From the NCBI GenBank assembly GCA_965240325.2, contig OZ251239.1, forward strand, positions 1,602,845-1,666,844: a stretch of 64,000 nt of DNA, given 5' to 3'. The notes beneath the pieces were generated by a model. It saw only the letters and a list, made by a program, of their open reading frames with translations, was not told where the DNA came from and searched no databases. Shown one piece after another: positions 1 through 10,829 of this stretch. This DNA comes from Rebecca billardiae RCC1528. Lineage: Eukaryota > Protista > Haptophyta. A program made the translations under genes and the position numbers. How positions within the stretch are numbered: the first letter of the stretch is position 1; each line of letters starts with the position of its first letter.

Positions 1-1274
1 CGCAGGCGACGAAGAGCGGGGCAATGCACTCATAGGACGCCGTACACGCGCCCAATGCGGCCGCCTATCACGCGCATGTGCGCTCACTGTCACGTATTCG
101 AGCTCATTTCTGCTTGTCGTGCATTCATCGATCAGCTTCCTTCAACAGCTTCACGGGATGGGACCGGGCCCATGCGCGGCGGCGCGAGGCAGCATGGCGC
201 GCGTCTATAGTATGCGAGCCTCGCCCGATGGCCCCGACCGACTCGCGCCGACCAGACCGCGCACCACACATGCGCGGGCGGCTGCCGATTGCCCGAGGCT
301 GGCTCTGGAGGCGGCGCACGCGTGCGCGCTGGCCTGAGGTGCGGCGAAAGCGGCGGCGAGCAAGGCGCGCGGCGTGGGAGGGCGACATACACTCCTTAGC
401 ACCTGCCCAGCCACGCGCGCCGCCTCCGCGCGCGCGTACACGGCCACAGGAGCTCGCGCCGTGCGCGCCCCACTCGCCCCCCAGGGCGGGCGCCCACGAG
501 AGTTAGTCGCTGGAGCGAGGCCGCGCAGCGACGAAGCGGCGACCAACCTCTGCCACCGCCGCCACTGGGAGTTGACAGCCCTTACCGCCCTTGGTGCTTG
601 GAACCTCTACGCCGATTGCCGTCATCAAATTGCAGAAATTGATGAAATCATCCAATCATCTGTCAGTGATGACGTGTCGTGAAGATCGACGAACGACGTC
701 CGCCCTATCTACTTGATCGACCGCAGCGGCACGCAATACCCGCATGAGAGTAGGCGCGTTTACTAGCCGTAGTATTGATACGTAGATAGGTCTAATTCAC
801 CGACTGTTTTCCGTCACGCGCGCCCCGACGCGACGGTCAGCTGAGCACAGCGACACTGAGCGGCGGCGGCTCACGGCGCGCACCGGGACGCGTCTGCAGC
901 CCAGCGCGGCCCGGGCCGGCGCCGGCGGCGCGAGTAGCGGCGCGCGCCACGGCTGACCGCCGGGACTTGTACTCCGCCCGTCTCACGGCCGCCTGCACTC
1001 GGAATCGGCGAGTCCGGCGGCAGCGCACGGCGGCGGTCGGGCCGCGGGCGGAGAGCACCCGTGGCGCAGCATGCGGCGGGCTCAGAGAGGAGCGGGCCCG
1101 CAGAAGGCACGATGCACATGCGGACAGGAAGAACTAGCCGCGCGCAGATCGAGGGCGTGCGGCGGGCGGTACGCCGAGGCGGCACTCGCCCGCCGCCCGG
1201 CCGGAGCAGCGTGGGCGCGCTGCCGGCGGGGGCGGTACGGGCCAGCCCCAGCGGGCGGGCGGGCGGGTAGCGGC

Positions 1275-2132
1275 TCACGTCGAGCCGAACGGCCGCGGCA
1301 TCCCCCCGTGCGGGTTCGGCGCGTTGCTCGCCTGCCCCTTGTCCGGCCTCGAGCCGATGATCTTCTCCGTCGCCGTCATCGTCTGCGCCACCATCATGTA
1401 GGGCACGATGTCGGCGGCGTCGCCCTCGGCGTTCGCGTTGTGCGCGTCGCGCATGTGCGCCATGTCGGCCTCGAACTGGCGCTTGTACGCGTCCACCTCC
1501 GCCTGCCTGCGCGCCAGCTCGCCCGGGTCCGTCACGTTCGCCATCGCCGACTCGAGCAGCGTGAGCGAGGCCACAAACTGCTCGTGCTTCTCGTCGACCT
1601 CGGTCTGCAGGCACTCGAGGCAGACCTTCTTGAGCTCGCGCTGGCACTCCTCCGCGGTGGGGCTCGCGGTGGAGCGGTTTTCGCGCTTGCTCCGCACGAT
1701 GTTGCTCAGGAACATGCACGACTGCGCGCACGCGCGCGCGGCGCCGCGCGCGTGCGCGAGCGGCGCGCCTCAGCGGCGGCGCGCGGCGGCGCGCGGGGGC
1801 GCGCGGAGCGCGCGCGCCGCGCGCGGCGCGCACGCGGGCGCACCTTGGCGAGCTTGGACCAGAGGGTGGACACCTCGTTCTGCAGCCGGTCCCGGTCGGC
1901 CTTCACCGTATCCACCTCCTGCTGCAGCTGGCGCACCTGGTCGACCAGCCGCAGCATGTCGTCCTCGCGTGGCCGGTGCTGGAGGCTGCACCGGCCCCGG
2001 TGGCCGTTCTCCTTGACGCACTTCTCGTCGCGGGCGCAGCGGACGCGGACCTCCGGGAGCGGCGGCGGCCGGCGCAGCACCACGTACTGGTCGCTGAGCA
2101 CGGGGTGCGCTGGGTTGCGCATCGCGCCGGGC

Positions 2133-2165
<33 letters not shown>

Positions 2166-2317
2166 ATCGGCTGCTGCATCGGCTGCATCTGCTGGTAGCC
2201 CTGCTGCTGCATGGGCTGCATGGGCATCTGCTGCATGGGCATCTGCTGCATCCCCTGCTGCTGGTCATACCCCGGGTGGTAGATGAAGCCCGGGGGCGGC
2301 CCGTACGACGGCTGCAT
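1275..2317 (-). CDS. Hypothetical protein: Gln-rich N-terminus, C-x5-C-x5-H-x3-C motif and coiled coils; 2 exons (2317-1844, 1721-1275)
   Basis: ATG at 2317 (MQPSYGPPPG). Donor AAG|GTGCGC and acceptor GCGCAG define intron 1722-1843, joining ORF 1706..2410 in frame to ORF 1275..1715. Motif CARDEKCVKENGHRGRC is followed by the heptad-like LVDQVRQLQQEVDTVKADRDRL. Confidence 0.7.
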
Positions 2318-5269
2318 GGCGGCGTGTGCTGGGCTCGGAGCCGAGCGCGGGGGGCCTCTTTCGCTCTTGCACGCAGATAAAGCGTGCAACCTGTTCAATA
2401 TTGCGGTCATCGGGGGAGGGCTTCATCCGAGCGCCGAGGACCCCTCTTCTTTCGATCCAACTTGAAGACTGGATCGTGTGGGTAAGAAGCGCGCCGGGCA
2501 CTCGCGAGAAATCGCGGCAGCCCACACATAAGCGGCCGAGAAATCGCTGCGGCCGACCGGCGTGTTCTGGCCTTGCACCTCCCCGTTGCTGCGCGGGCGA
2601 CGATGCCGCGATGCCGCCGCCGCCCGCCCGCTCCGGCCGGCGACTCTGGCATCGTGGCCGGAGTGACGGCTAGAGCAGAGCGCCGCGCGGCAGAGCGCTG
2701 CGCAATCCGCTTGCTGGCCTCGGGCCCCATCGCCGCTGCGCCCGTCGCCGTGGCCAGCGTCGCGCGCCGTGCACTCACGCACGAGCCCGGCCCTGCCGGC
2801 GCGGCGGACGGAACTGCTGCCGGCCGCCCGGGTCACCGCGGGAGCGAGCGGCGAGCAACGACGGAGAGCTGCACCGCAACGCGCGTGTTCCGGGTTGACG
2901 CATCGCCCCCATGCTCTGCGCTGTTGCGCCCAACCCCACGCGCATCGTCCTGGCGCGCTGCAGGTGTGTCTCGTCACCCAGCACGCGGGGTAGTGTCGCG
3001 CGCGAGGACTGCGCGCGTGCACATCGAGGGCTGGCGGGCCCGACGGATGGGGCCCGAACGAAGGGTGCGACGCGGCGATCTGCCCGAGGTCCAGTCCGAA
3101 GCTCACCGCCCGTGCGCGCGCGCTGCCGGTGCGCACAACCGCCCCCGCGAAGGCGCGGCGCCCGACGCCATGCGAGGGTGCCGCCGAGAGATGGCTGCGT
3201 GCGCCCTGCGCGTGGCCGCCGCGCTCCAATGCGGTTTGTCGCGAAGACGCCTTGGCTCTGGGTCCAGCTCCGAGAGTGGAGAGATTTTACCGGCGAATGC
3301 GGGTCGGCCGCTCACTAGCTGCGCGTTCATCTCCCAGCGGTGGTAGAATTACAGAATGAGATCGTCAGTTGGAAGCATGCACGGATGGCGCGAGCCGATT
3401 GGCTGGGAAGGACGTCGCGACAGCCAGTTTCAATTTTCGCGGGCACAGATAGGAAAGAGAAGCGTGGGCATCGCGCCGAGGACGCAATCCGAAGATTTTA
3501 ATCACGTTCGGAAAAGGCGCTCCGCGGCCAATCGCAGCGGGCGCAATCGCGTTGGTCGTGTGGCTGAAGCGGTAAATTGCTCGCAGTTTTGGTGATCCAT
3601 TCAAGATACCTTTATCGGGCCTGAAGAATCCAGCCGGCGAGCAAGTGACGAGTCGCACGCACTCAAGATACCCTTGCGAAACCATTTCCGGAAAAGTCGT
3701 CCGTTATTTGCCGGATTGTGCGGTCCGTGCCAAAAATAGACGCGCATTGACGATGCATGCCGCCGGGCGTTGAGCGACTGGCGAGGTCGCCGAATCGCGT
3801 GGCGTGGTCCCAGAGAAGGCTGCTGCCAGCCCTGACCAGCTCGCTAGCCATGTCGGTCGATGATCGCCCTGCCGTTGACAGGCGCGCACACGCCACGCGT
3901 ACTGCTTAATGCGCGGGCCGGCAGCCGTGTCGGACACGGGCCGGTCGCACCGGCCACGACTTCCGCGCAGCCAACATTCAGATCGTCAGACTCACGGCAT
4001 GTGAGGGCAGACGGAACATTGGTAGGTCTGCGCCCTCGCATGGCATGTCCCAGGTGTCAGCACGGCCTCCAGAAGGGTGATATTCGCCCACCACTTACCC
4101 ATCCTTCCCATTGGCACAGCCTCAGCCCTCACGTAAGTCCGACGGCGGCGGCGGCGTAATGCCGGGTCGCGCGAGGGCGTGGACGTGGACACGAGAGTGG
4201 TCGAAAAGTCGGAAGGGAAGCTGTCACTCACGCACACGCGCTCGTATGACCTCACCAACCTGCCTGCACCACACACACCCGGTGACCCGGCCGTGGCGCT
4301 GGGGCCTTGTCTGGGACGGCGCGACACTCTCCGCGAGCTCGGCGCCCGCCCGCCCAGCCCAGACGGCGGGTACTAGATAACTAGCCGTACTGAGACTACT
4401 GTGAGGGGCCCCCAGCCGCAGGGCCAAGGCCAGTATGAGTAGTACAGTAGCCCCGAGTAGGCGCGTGCGGCCGTGCGGCGAGTGGGTCAGTGATGCGCCC
4501 TGAGACCGCGCGCGCGGCGCCCACGAGCCCACGGGCACGGTCGAAGATGCGGGCAGCCGAACCGCTCACTTAGAGCTAGTTAGATCACATATACATATAC
4601 ATATATATGTATATATATATACTATACATACTATATATAGTATATATAATAATCCCGATTACTGCCGAGTATTGCATGCGCATATCATCATCATATACGG
4701 GCCTCTGGGCCGCCACTATCCGAGGAGGGACACGGCGACACGGTTCTGTCGCGGTTACGCGGGTTACGGGTTACAGCAGCCCGCCGGCGGGCCGGGCTGC
4801 GGCATCGACTACAAACTCATCTGCTTCATCGCCCAGAGCGCGCTAGGCGGCGCGCTCACTCTCCAAGCCCCTCTTCTGCAGCTGCGCGCCGCTTGGCCGG
4901 CGCGCGGCGACGCGTACTACGACCTCACTTCCTCATCCAGGCGCCCACGCGGGCGCACGGGGGCGACAGCCGCGGCTGCCGCTTGCCGGAGCTACTCGCC
5001 GCTAGGTCGGCGGGCGGCGACATCGACTACGACCTCACCCTCATCCAAGTGCTCCGGAATAAGGCGCTCGGCCGCGGCGGCATCTGTCGTCGCCGCCGCG
5101 TGCCCCAGGCCGAGGCGGTGCTCCACCCCCGCGGTCCCCGTCCCCGCTCCCGTATGGGGGCAGGGCTGCGGGTGGCGCACTGTCTGACCTGGACGGAAGG
5201 CGCGGATACGCATTCTATGTGTCTGCTGCACTCTGAGCCTGACGCTTGTTCGTTGCTGCCGCCACGTCG

Positions 5270-5272
<3 letters not shown>

Positions 5273-5358
<86 letters not shown>
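5273..5358. repeat. (AT)n microsatellite, about 43 units
   Basis: Perfect AT run read directly; a second, imperfect AT tract lies at about 4587-4650. Confidence 0.97.
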
Positions 5359-5363
<5 letters not shown>

Positions 5364-5431
5364 TATTGAGCAGTGACGGGCCGCCGCGGAATCGGATCAG
5401 ATTCGTGCCACTCAGCCTGCGACGCCGCCGC

Positions 5432-6856
5432 TCAGAAGTCATAGGGCGGCTCGTCATGCCAGCGGCCTGCGGCGGGATCGGCGCCGCGCTGCAGATGCTG
5501 CTGCGGCTGCTGGCTGGCCCGCGCCTCGAGCTCGCGCAGGTACTGCAGCGTGGCCTGGTGCTCAGCCTCATCTCGTGTCGCGGGGCCGCAGCGTGTGCCG
5601 CCGCCCGGTGGTGCACCAGTGGTCTCGGCCTCGCCCTCCATGACCAAGCGCAGCACGCGCAGGTGCGACGGGTCGGCCGCCTGCTCGGCGAGACGCAGCC
5701 GCATGCGCGCGCGCACGAGCTCGGCGCGCATGCGCTCGGTGGCGGCGCGCTCGGCGGCGAGCTCGGCGGCAGCGTCGGCGTGCCGCGTGTCCACGGCGGG
5801 CTCGACCAGCCGGCCGAGCAGCGGGGCAGCTGCGGCATGCTCCCCGCTGCCACTGCCGCCTGGACCGTCAGCAGGCGGGGCAGTGCGCAGGGCGGGCTGT
5901 GCGCGCGCTGCATGCGTCCTGCTCGGCCCCGCGCGCTTGCCCGGCCCATCGCCGCGGCTGTGCAGGCCAGTGCCGCCCCCGGCAGCAGGGCGACGCGGAG
6001 GGCGAGCCTCTGCGCGAGCCGTGGCCTTCGGTGGCTGTGGGTGCGGCTGCGCGCTGGCAGCAGCGGCAGCTGCTGCTGCCGTGCTGCCACCGTCCCGCTG
6101 CAGGCGCCTTCGCTTTACGCTGCCGCCCTGCTGAGGCTCAGGGGCTGCAGCACGCTTGCGCTCGCGCATGGCGCGATCGCTGATCATGCCGGCCAGCTTG
6201 TGTTTGGCGCAGCGACTGAGACGTCTGTCACCCGGCATGCCAAAGGACGGCACCTTGTCACAGCCGGCATGCTCGCACATGCGGTGCTTCACGTCGACCA
6301 TGCCGGCCAGCTTGTGCGTGGCGCAGCGGCTGGCACGTGTGTCACCCGGCATGCTGAAGGACGGCACCTTGTCACAGCCGGCATGCTCGCACCTGCGGTT
6401 GTGCACGTTCACCATGCCGGCCAGCTTGTGCGTGGCGCAGCGGCTGGCACGTGTGTCGCCCGGCATGCCGAAGTGCGGCCGCTTGTCACAGCCGGCATGC
6501 TCGCACCTGCGGTTGACCACGTCGACCATGCCGGCCAGCTTGTGCGTGACGCAGCGGCTGGCGCGTTTGCCGCCCGGCATGCCAAAGGACGGCACCTTGT
6601 CACAGCCGGCATGCTCGCACCTGCGGCTCCTCACGTCGACCATGCCGGCCAGCTTGTGCGTCGCGCAGCGGCTGGCGCGTGTGGCGCCCGGCATGCCGAA
6701 GTGCGGATGCTTGTCGCAGCCGGCATGCTCGCACCTGCGGCTGACCACGTCGACCATGCCGACCAGCTTGTGCGTGGCGCAGCGGCTGGCACGTGTACCC
6801 GGCTTGCCAAACGAAGCATACTTGTCACAACCAGCTCGGCCGCACGTGCTGGGCAT
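5432..6856 (-). CDS. EsV-1-7-like cysteine-rich repeat protein: six 37-38 aa C-x4-C...C-x2-H repeats, basic NLS-like patch, C-terminal coiled coil
   Basis: Intronless 474-aa ORF with tandem CEHAGCDKxPxFGMPGxxRASRCATHKLAGMVDVxxRR units (114-bp DNA period, about 6180-6844). This matches the EsV-1-7 repeat pattern. VKRRRLQR lies downstream. Confidence 0.85.
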   Translation of the reverse strand: MPSTCGRAGCDKYASFGKPGTRASRCATHKLVGMVDVVSRRCEHAGCDKHPHFGMPGATRASRCATHKLAGMVDVRSRRCEHAGCDKVPSFGMPGGKRASRCVTHKLAGMVDVVNRRCEHAGCDKRPHFGMPGDTRASRCATHKLAGMVNVHNRRCEHAGCDKVPSFSMPGDTRASRCATHKLAGMVDVKHRMCEHAGCDKVPSFGMPGDRRLSRCAKHKLAGMISDRAMRERKRAAAPEPQQGGSVKRRRLQRDGGSTAAAAAAAASAQPHPQPPKATARAEARPPRRPAAGGGTGLHSRGDGPGKRAGPSRTHAARAQPALRTAPPADGPGGSGSGEHAAAAPLLGRLVEPAVDTRHADAAAELAAERAATERMRAELVRARMRLRLAEQAADPSHLRVLRLVMEGEAETTGAPPGGGTRCGPATRDEAEHQATLQYLRELEARASQQPQQHLQRGADPAAGRWHDEPPYDF

Positions 6857-7417
6857 CCTCGCGCGCGTCAGCCACGCCGTAGCGTATGCGCCGTGCTACT
6901 CGAAGGGAAGCGAAGATCAAGGATAGATCTAAGATCTTGCTGGAGGCTGCCGAGGCGAGGCCGCCATCGTGCGCCTGGCTTTTGCCTTTCGTTTTTCGAA
7001 TTTCGCTGGCGGTGAGTGGCGGGCCCTGGCCAGCCTGGCGCAACCTGATTGGCTCTTCACTCTTCCCTCAGACCCTCTCCCCAAGTCCCCAACCGCAGTA
7101 CTGTCACCCCGGCCGCCAAGGCTGCGGACACCGCGTCAATAAAGGCGGTAGTGCCTGCAGTGCTTCGCGAGCAGCTGCAGGCCCAGCGCGCGATTGAGTC
7201 GGGACACTTATGTCTACAATGATCCGCGGACCGCCGGCGGCGGCGCCAAGCTGCGTTGACGCCCGTGTTGGTTACACTGCCGTGTTGACCGCCGACTCAG
7301 AGTCTCAGTACACGGCCGGCACTCGGCTTGAGCAGACAGTCATTGGAGGCTCTGGACGTGCCGCGAGCACCGGCCCGACAGGCGGGGTCGCGCCGCCTGG
7401 CGCGCACGCGCGCGCGC

Positions 7418-7493
7418 CTAGTCGAACAGACCGAAGCCCGTGTCCTCCTCCTCCTCCGACTCCGGCTCGGGCTCGGCCGCCTTGGCCGCGGCC

Positions 7494-7535
<42 letters not shown>

Positions 7536-8549
7536 ACCGGCGCCGCGGCCGCCGCGGCCGCGACGAAGGCCTCCGGGTTGTCGATGATCTCCTTGACCTT
7601 CTCGATCTGCTCGAAGATGTAGTCCGCCGCGAGGCCGACCGCCGCCAGCTCCTTGAAGCCGTTGAGCACCGAGTAGGGCAGCGACGCCTCGGTCGGGTAG
7701 CCGGTGACGAGCGAGACGGCCGCCACGTTGCCGCAGCCCTGCATGAAGTAGCCGAGAAGGTCCGCCTCGGAGATGTCGAGGACGGACGGGTCGAAGACGG
7801 AGCCGCTCTCGTACACGTGCTTGATCACCAGGCCGTAGTTGAACGGCTTCTTGCCCAGCTTGTTCAGCAGCGCCGCCTCGGACTGGCCGACCTGCGCAGC
7901 GGCGGCAGCACGGCGGCGCACGGGCGGCGGCGGCAGGCGGCAGGCGGGGCGGTGAGGCGCGCGGCCGCGCCCGCAGAGCGCGTGCCCCCAGGCGGCCCGG
8001 CCCGAGCAGCGCCCGCCCGCCCCGCGCGCTGCGCCCGCTGCGCCTTTTGTGCGCACGCACCCGCGTGTCCTTCTTGACGACCTGCACGTCCTGGATGATC
8101 TCAATGGCGCCCTTGTTGATCTTGGTCGGGATGTTGAGCGCCTGGAAGAAGGAGGTCTGCGCCGGGTCGAGGCCCGTGGGGCCGGACGGGATGAAGACGT
8201 CGACGGGCGCCATCGCCCCCGCGCGCGCCGCGGCGGGCACTTGGTTCTCGTCGATCACCTTGCGCACGTCGCCGAGGTCGCCGTTGGTCATCACGAACGC
8301 GAGGTTGGTCTTCATGATCTTCACGATCGGCGTGAGGTCGGGGCGCTCGTCGAGCATGTTGCTCAGCGCGCGGCGGATCTGGGTGTTCTTACCGTTGAGC
8401 ACCTCCGCCTTCCCGCGCAGCGTGATCTTGATGTCCTGCATCTGCTTCGAGCCGACGTTGTCAACGCCGACGATGAACATGCGCTCATACGTGCCGAACA
8501 GCTTCTCGAGCTTGGCGAAGTACTTCTCCTTGCGCGCGCGCGACGGCAT
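7418..8549 (-). CDS. RPLP0: 60S acidic ribosomal protein P0 (uL10); 2 exons, intron 7892-8060
   Basis: Motifs VGVDNVGSKQMQDI, GKNTQIRRAL, AAARAGAMAP and GPTGLDPAQTSFFQALNIPTKINKGAIEI; acidic C-terminus EEEEDTGFGLFD. Splice sites CGG|GTGCGT and GCGCAG|GTC restore the frame. Confidence 0.97.
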
Positions 8550-8919
8550 GGCTGCGGGCTGTGCAGGCGGGTGTGCTGCTCGGGAGCTTCGGGGGCGGGC
8601 GTCGGCACGCGGTCCACGGGCGAGACAGGCGCTTGGCTCTCTGCCGCCGTGCGCGGGGCAGTATGCTCTGGCGCTGTGCCTTGCTCTTGCTGCGTGAGCG
8701 CGCGAGCACGTGGCTGCCACCCGCTTGCTGCTGAATCGCTGCCCACACTTGGGCGTCAGCATGGCGGCCGTCCGCCATGCTGGAAAAGGATGGGATCACG
8801 TGCTCTTGATTCGTCATCGCTTTTGCCTGCGCTCGCGGCCACAAGCCCGGGCTTGCGTGGAAGTCGGGGCCGACCGACGAGACTCGCGCGCTCGGGAGCG
8901 CGCGGCGCGGCGCAGGGCG
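8550..8919. promoter_or_regulatory. Probable bidirectional promoter between RPLP0 and dyskerin
   Basis: 370 bp separate the divergent ATGs of two ribosome-related genes. Inferred from geometry only. Confidence 0.5.
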
Positions 8920-10443
8920 ATGGCGGAGAGCGCCGAGAAGAAGGGCAAGAAGAAGGCGCGCACCGACGCCGCCGACGCCGACGCCGCCGAGTTCACCATC
9001 AAGCCCGACGCCAACCCGCCGCCGATTGACTCGTCGAGCTGGCCGCTGCTGCTCAAGAACTACGCCAAGCTCAACGTGCGCACGGGGCACTACACGCCGA
9101 TCCCGTGCGGCCACTCGCCGCTGAAGCGGCCGCTGCGCGAGTACCTCAAGTACGGCATCATCAACCTCGACAAGCCCGCCAACCCCTCCTCGCACGAGGT
9201 CGTCGCGTGGCTGAAGCGCATCCTGCGCGTGGAGAAGACGGGCCACTCTGGCACGCTCGACCCCAAGGTGACGGGCTGCCTGATCGTGTGCATCGACCGC
9301 GCGACGCGGCTGGTGAAGTCGCAGCAGAACGCGGGGAAGGAGTACATCGCCGTCGTCCGGCTGCACGAGGCCATCTCCGGCGAGGCCGAGCTCGCCAAGG
9401 CGCTGACGACGCTGACGGGCGCGCTCTTCCAGCGGCCGCCGCTCATCTCCGCCGTCAAGCGCCAGCTGCGCGTGCGCACGATCTACGAGTCGAAGCTGCT
9501 CGAGTACGACCCGGAGCGCAAGCTCGGCGTGTTCTGGGTGTCGTGCGAGGCGGGCACGTACATCCGCACGCTCTGCGTCCACCTCGGCCTCGTGCTCGGC
9601 GTGGGCGGGCACATGCAGGAGCTGCGGCGCAACCGCTCGGGCACGCTGCACGAGGGCGCGCACATGGTCACGATGCACGACGTCCTCGACGCGCAGTGGC
9701 TGTACGACAACAAGAAGGACGAGGCGTACCTGCGCCACGCGATCAAGCCGCTCGAGCTGCTCCTCACCAACTTCAAGCGGCTCGTCGTCAAGGACTCCGC
9801 CGTCAACGCCATCTGCTACGGCGCGAAGCTGATGCTGCCCGGGCTGCTGCGCTTCGAGTCGGGCGTCGAGGTGGGCGAGGAGGTGGTGCTGATGACCACC
9901 AAGGGCGAGGCGGTGGCGGTGGGGATCGCGCAGATGACGACGGCGGACATGGCGCACTGCGACCACGGCGTGGTCGCCAAGATCAAGCGCGTGATCATGG
10001 ACCGCGACACGTACCCGCGCAAGTGGGGCCTCGGCCCCAAGGCGCAGGAGAAGAAGGCACTGATCGCCGCGGGCAAGCTCGACAAGTTTGGCCGGCCCAA
10101 CGAGAGCACGCCCGCCGGTTGGACGCAGGGCGGCGCCGCCAACGGCGCCGCGGCGCCGCCGACGCCGGCGGCCGGCGAGGGCGCCGCGCCGGCGCCCACG
10201 CCCGACGCCAAGAAGGAGAAGAAGGAGAAGAAGTCGGAGAAGAAGGAGAAGAAGGACCGGGAAAAGGTGCGCGCGGCGCGCGCGCGCGCCCGACCGCGCG
10301 CGCGCGCTGGCTGGCTGGCTGGTGCTCACCGCGGCGGCGCGGGCCCCGGCACGCGCGCGCTCGCGCCCACCTGCGCGCAGACGGACGCGGACGGTGGCAG
10401 CGCCGAGCCCGACAAGAAGAAGAAGAAGAAGGACAAGGGATGA
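8920..10443 (+). CDS. DKC1: H/ACA snoRNP pseudouridine synthase Cbf5/dyskerin; in-frame intron 10267-10380
   Basis: [17 protein letters not shown], catalytic [26 protein letters not shown] region, [15 protein letters not shown] and a Lys-rich tail. Intron AAG|GTGCGC ... GCGCAG is 114 bp. Confidence 0.97.
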   Translation: MAESAEKKGKKKARTDAADADAAEFTIKPDANPPPIDSSSWPLLLKNYAKLNVRTGHYTPIPCGHSPLKRPLREYLKYGIINLDKPANPSSHEVVAWLKRILRVEKTGHSGTLDPKVTGCLIVCIDRATRLVKSQQNAGKEYIAVVRLHEAISGEAELAKALTTLTGALFQRPPLISAVKRQLRVRTIYESKLLEYDPERKLGVFWVSCEAGTYIRTLCVHLGLVLGVGGHMQELRRNRSGTLHEGAHMVTMHDVLDAQWLYDNKKDEAYLRHAIKPLELLLTNFKRLVVKDSAVNAICYGAKLMLPGLLRFESGVEVGEEVVLMTTKGEAVAVGIAQMTTADMAHCDHGVVAKIKRVIMDRDTYPRKWGLGPKAQEKKALIAAGKLDKFGRPNESTPAGWTQGGAANGAAAPPTPAAGEGAAPAPTPDAKKEKKEKKSEKKEKKDREKVRAARARARPRARAGWLAGAHRGGAGPGTRALAPTCAQTDADGGSAEPDKKKKKKDKG

Positions 10444-10829
10444 TGCCCGCGCCCGCGGCCCGGCCGGGGCCGTACGTCGCGGCGTGACGTAGTGGCTGAC
10501 GTGCGGCACTGGCGTGCGGTGTGCCACTGGGTGTGTGCGTACAGTCGTGTCATTCACTCCAGTGCTGAGCGACGCCAGCGCTGATGAGCGCATCAATCGT
10601 CTATGACGACTACGCGATTACTATATTTAAGTACGTACTCGCACTGCCGAATCTGCATGCCGATCTCACGCTGTGGCAGCTTGAGTCACTGGCGGGTCCA
10701 GCGGCCAGATTAATTTTCGAAAAATTACTATGCGCTGCGCGCGCGCCCCTAGGGGGCGGCGCGCGCGCGCGGCTGGTCCCCCCTGCATGCCCGCACCGTC
10801 AGCTGCCTGATTGCCGCTACCCAGCCCCG

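Noticed and set aside
630-850. Possible C/D snoRNA or hammerhead motifs (TGATGA here; CTGATGAG at about 10581 and 40158)
   Set aside because: No suitably spaced D box, terminal stem or GAAA partner; GAT/GAC-rich tracts are common in intergenic DNA here.
2420-4560. Several 70-270 aa ORFs
   Set aside because: No recognisable motifs or host-like codon pattern, so left unannotated.
5246-7015. 589-aa + strand ORF with an IYIYIY run and a 38-aa repeat
   Set aside because: Antisense of the EsV-1-7-like gene plus the AT microsatellite; the Cys/His pattern identifies the minus strand as coding.
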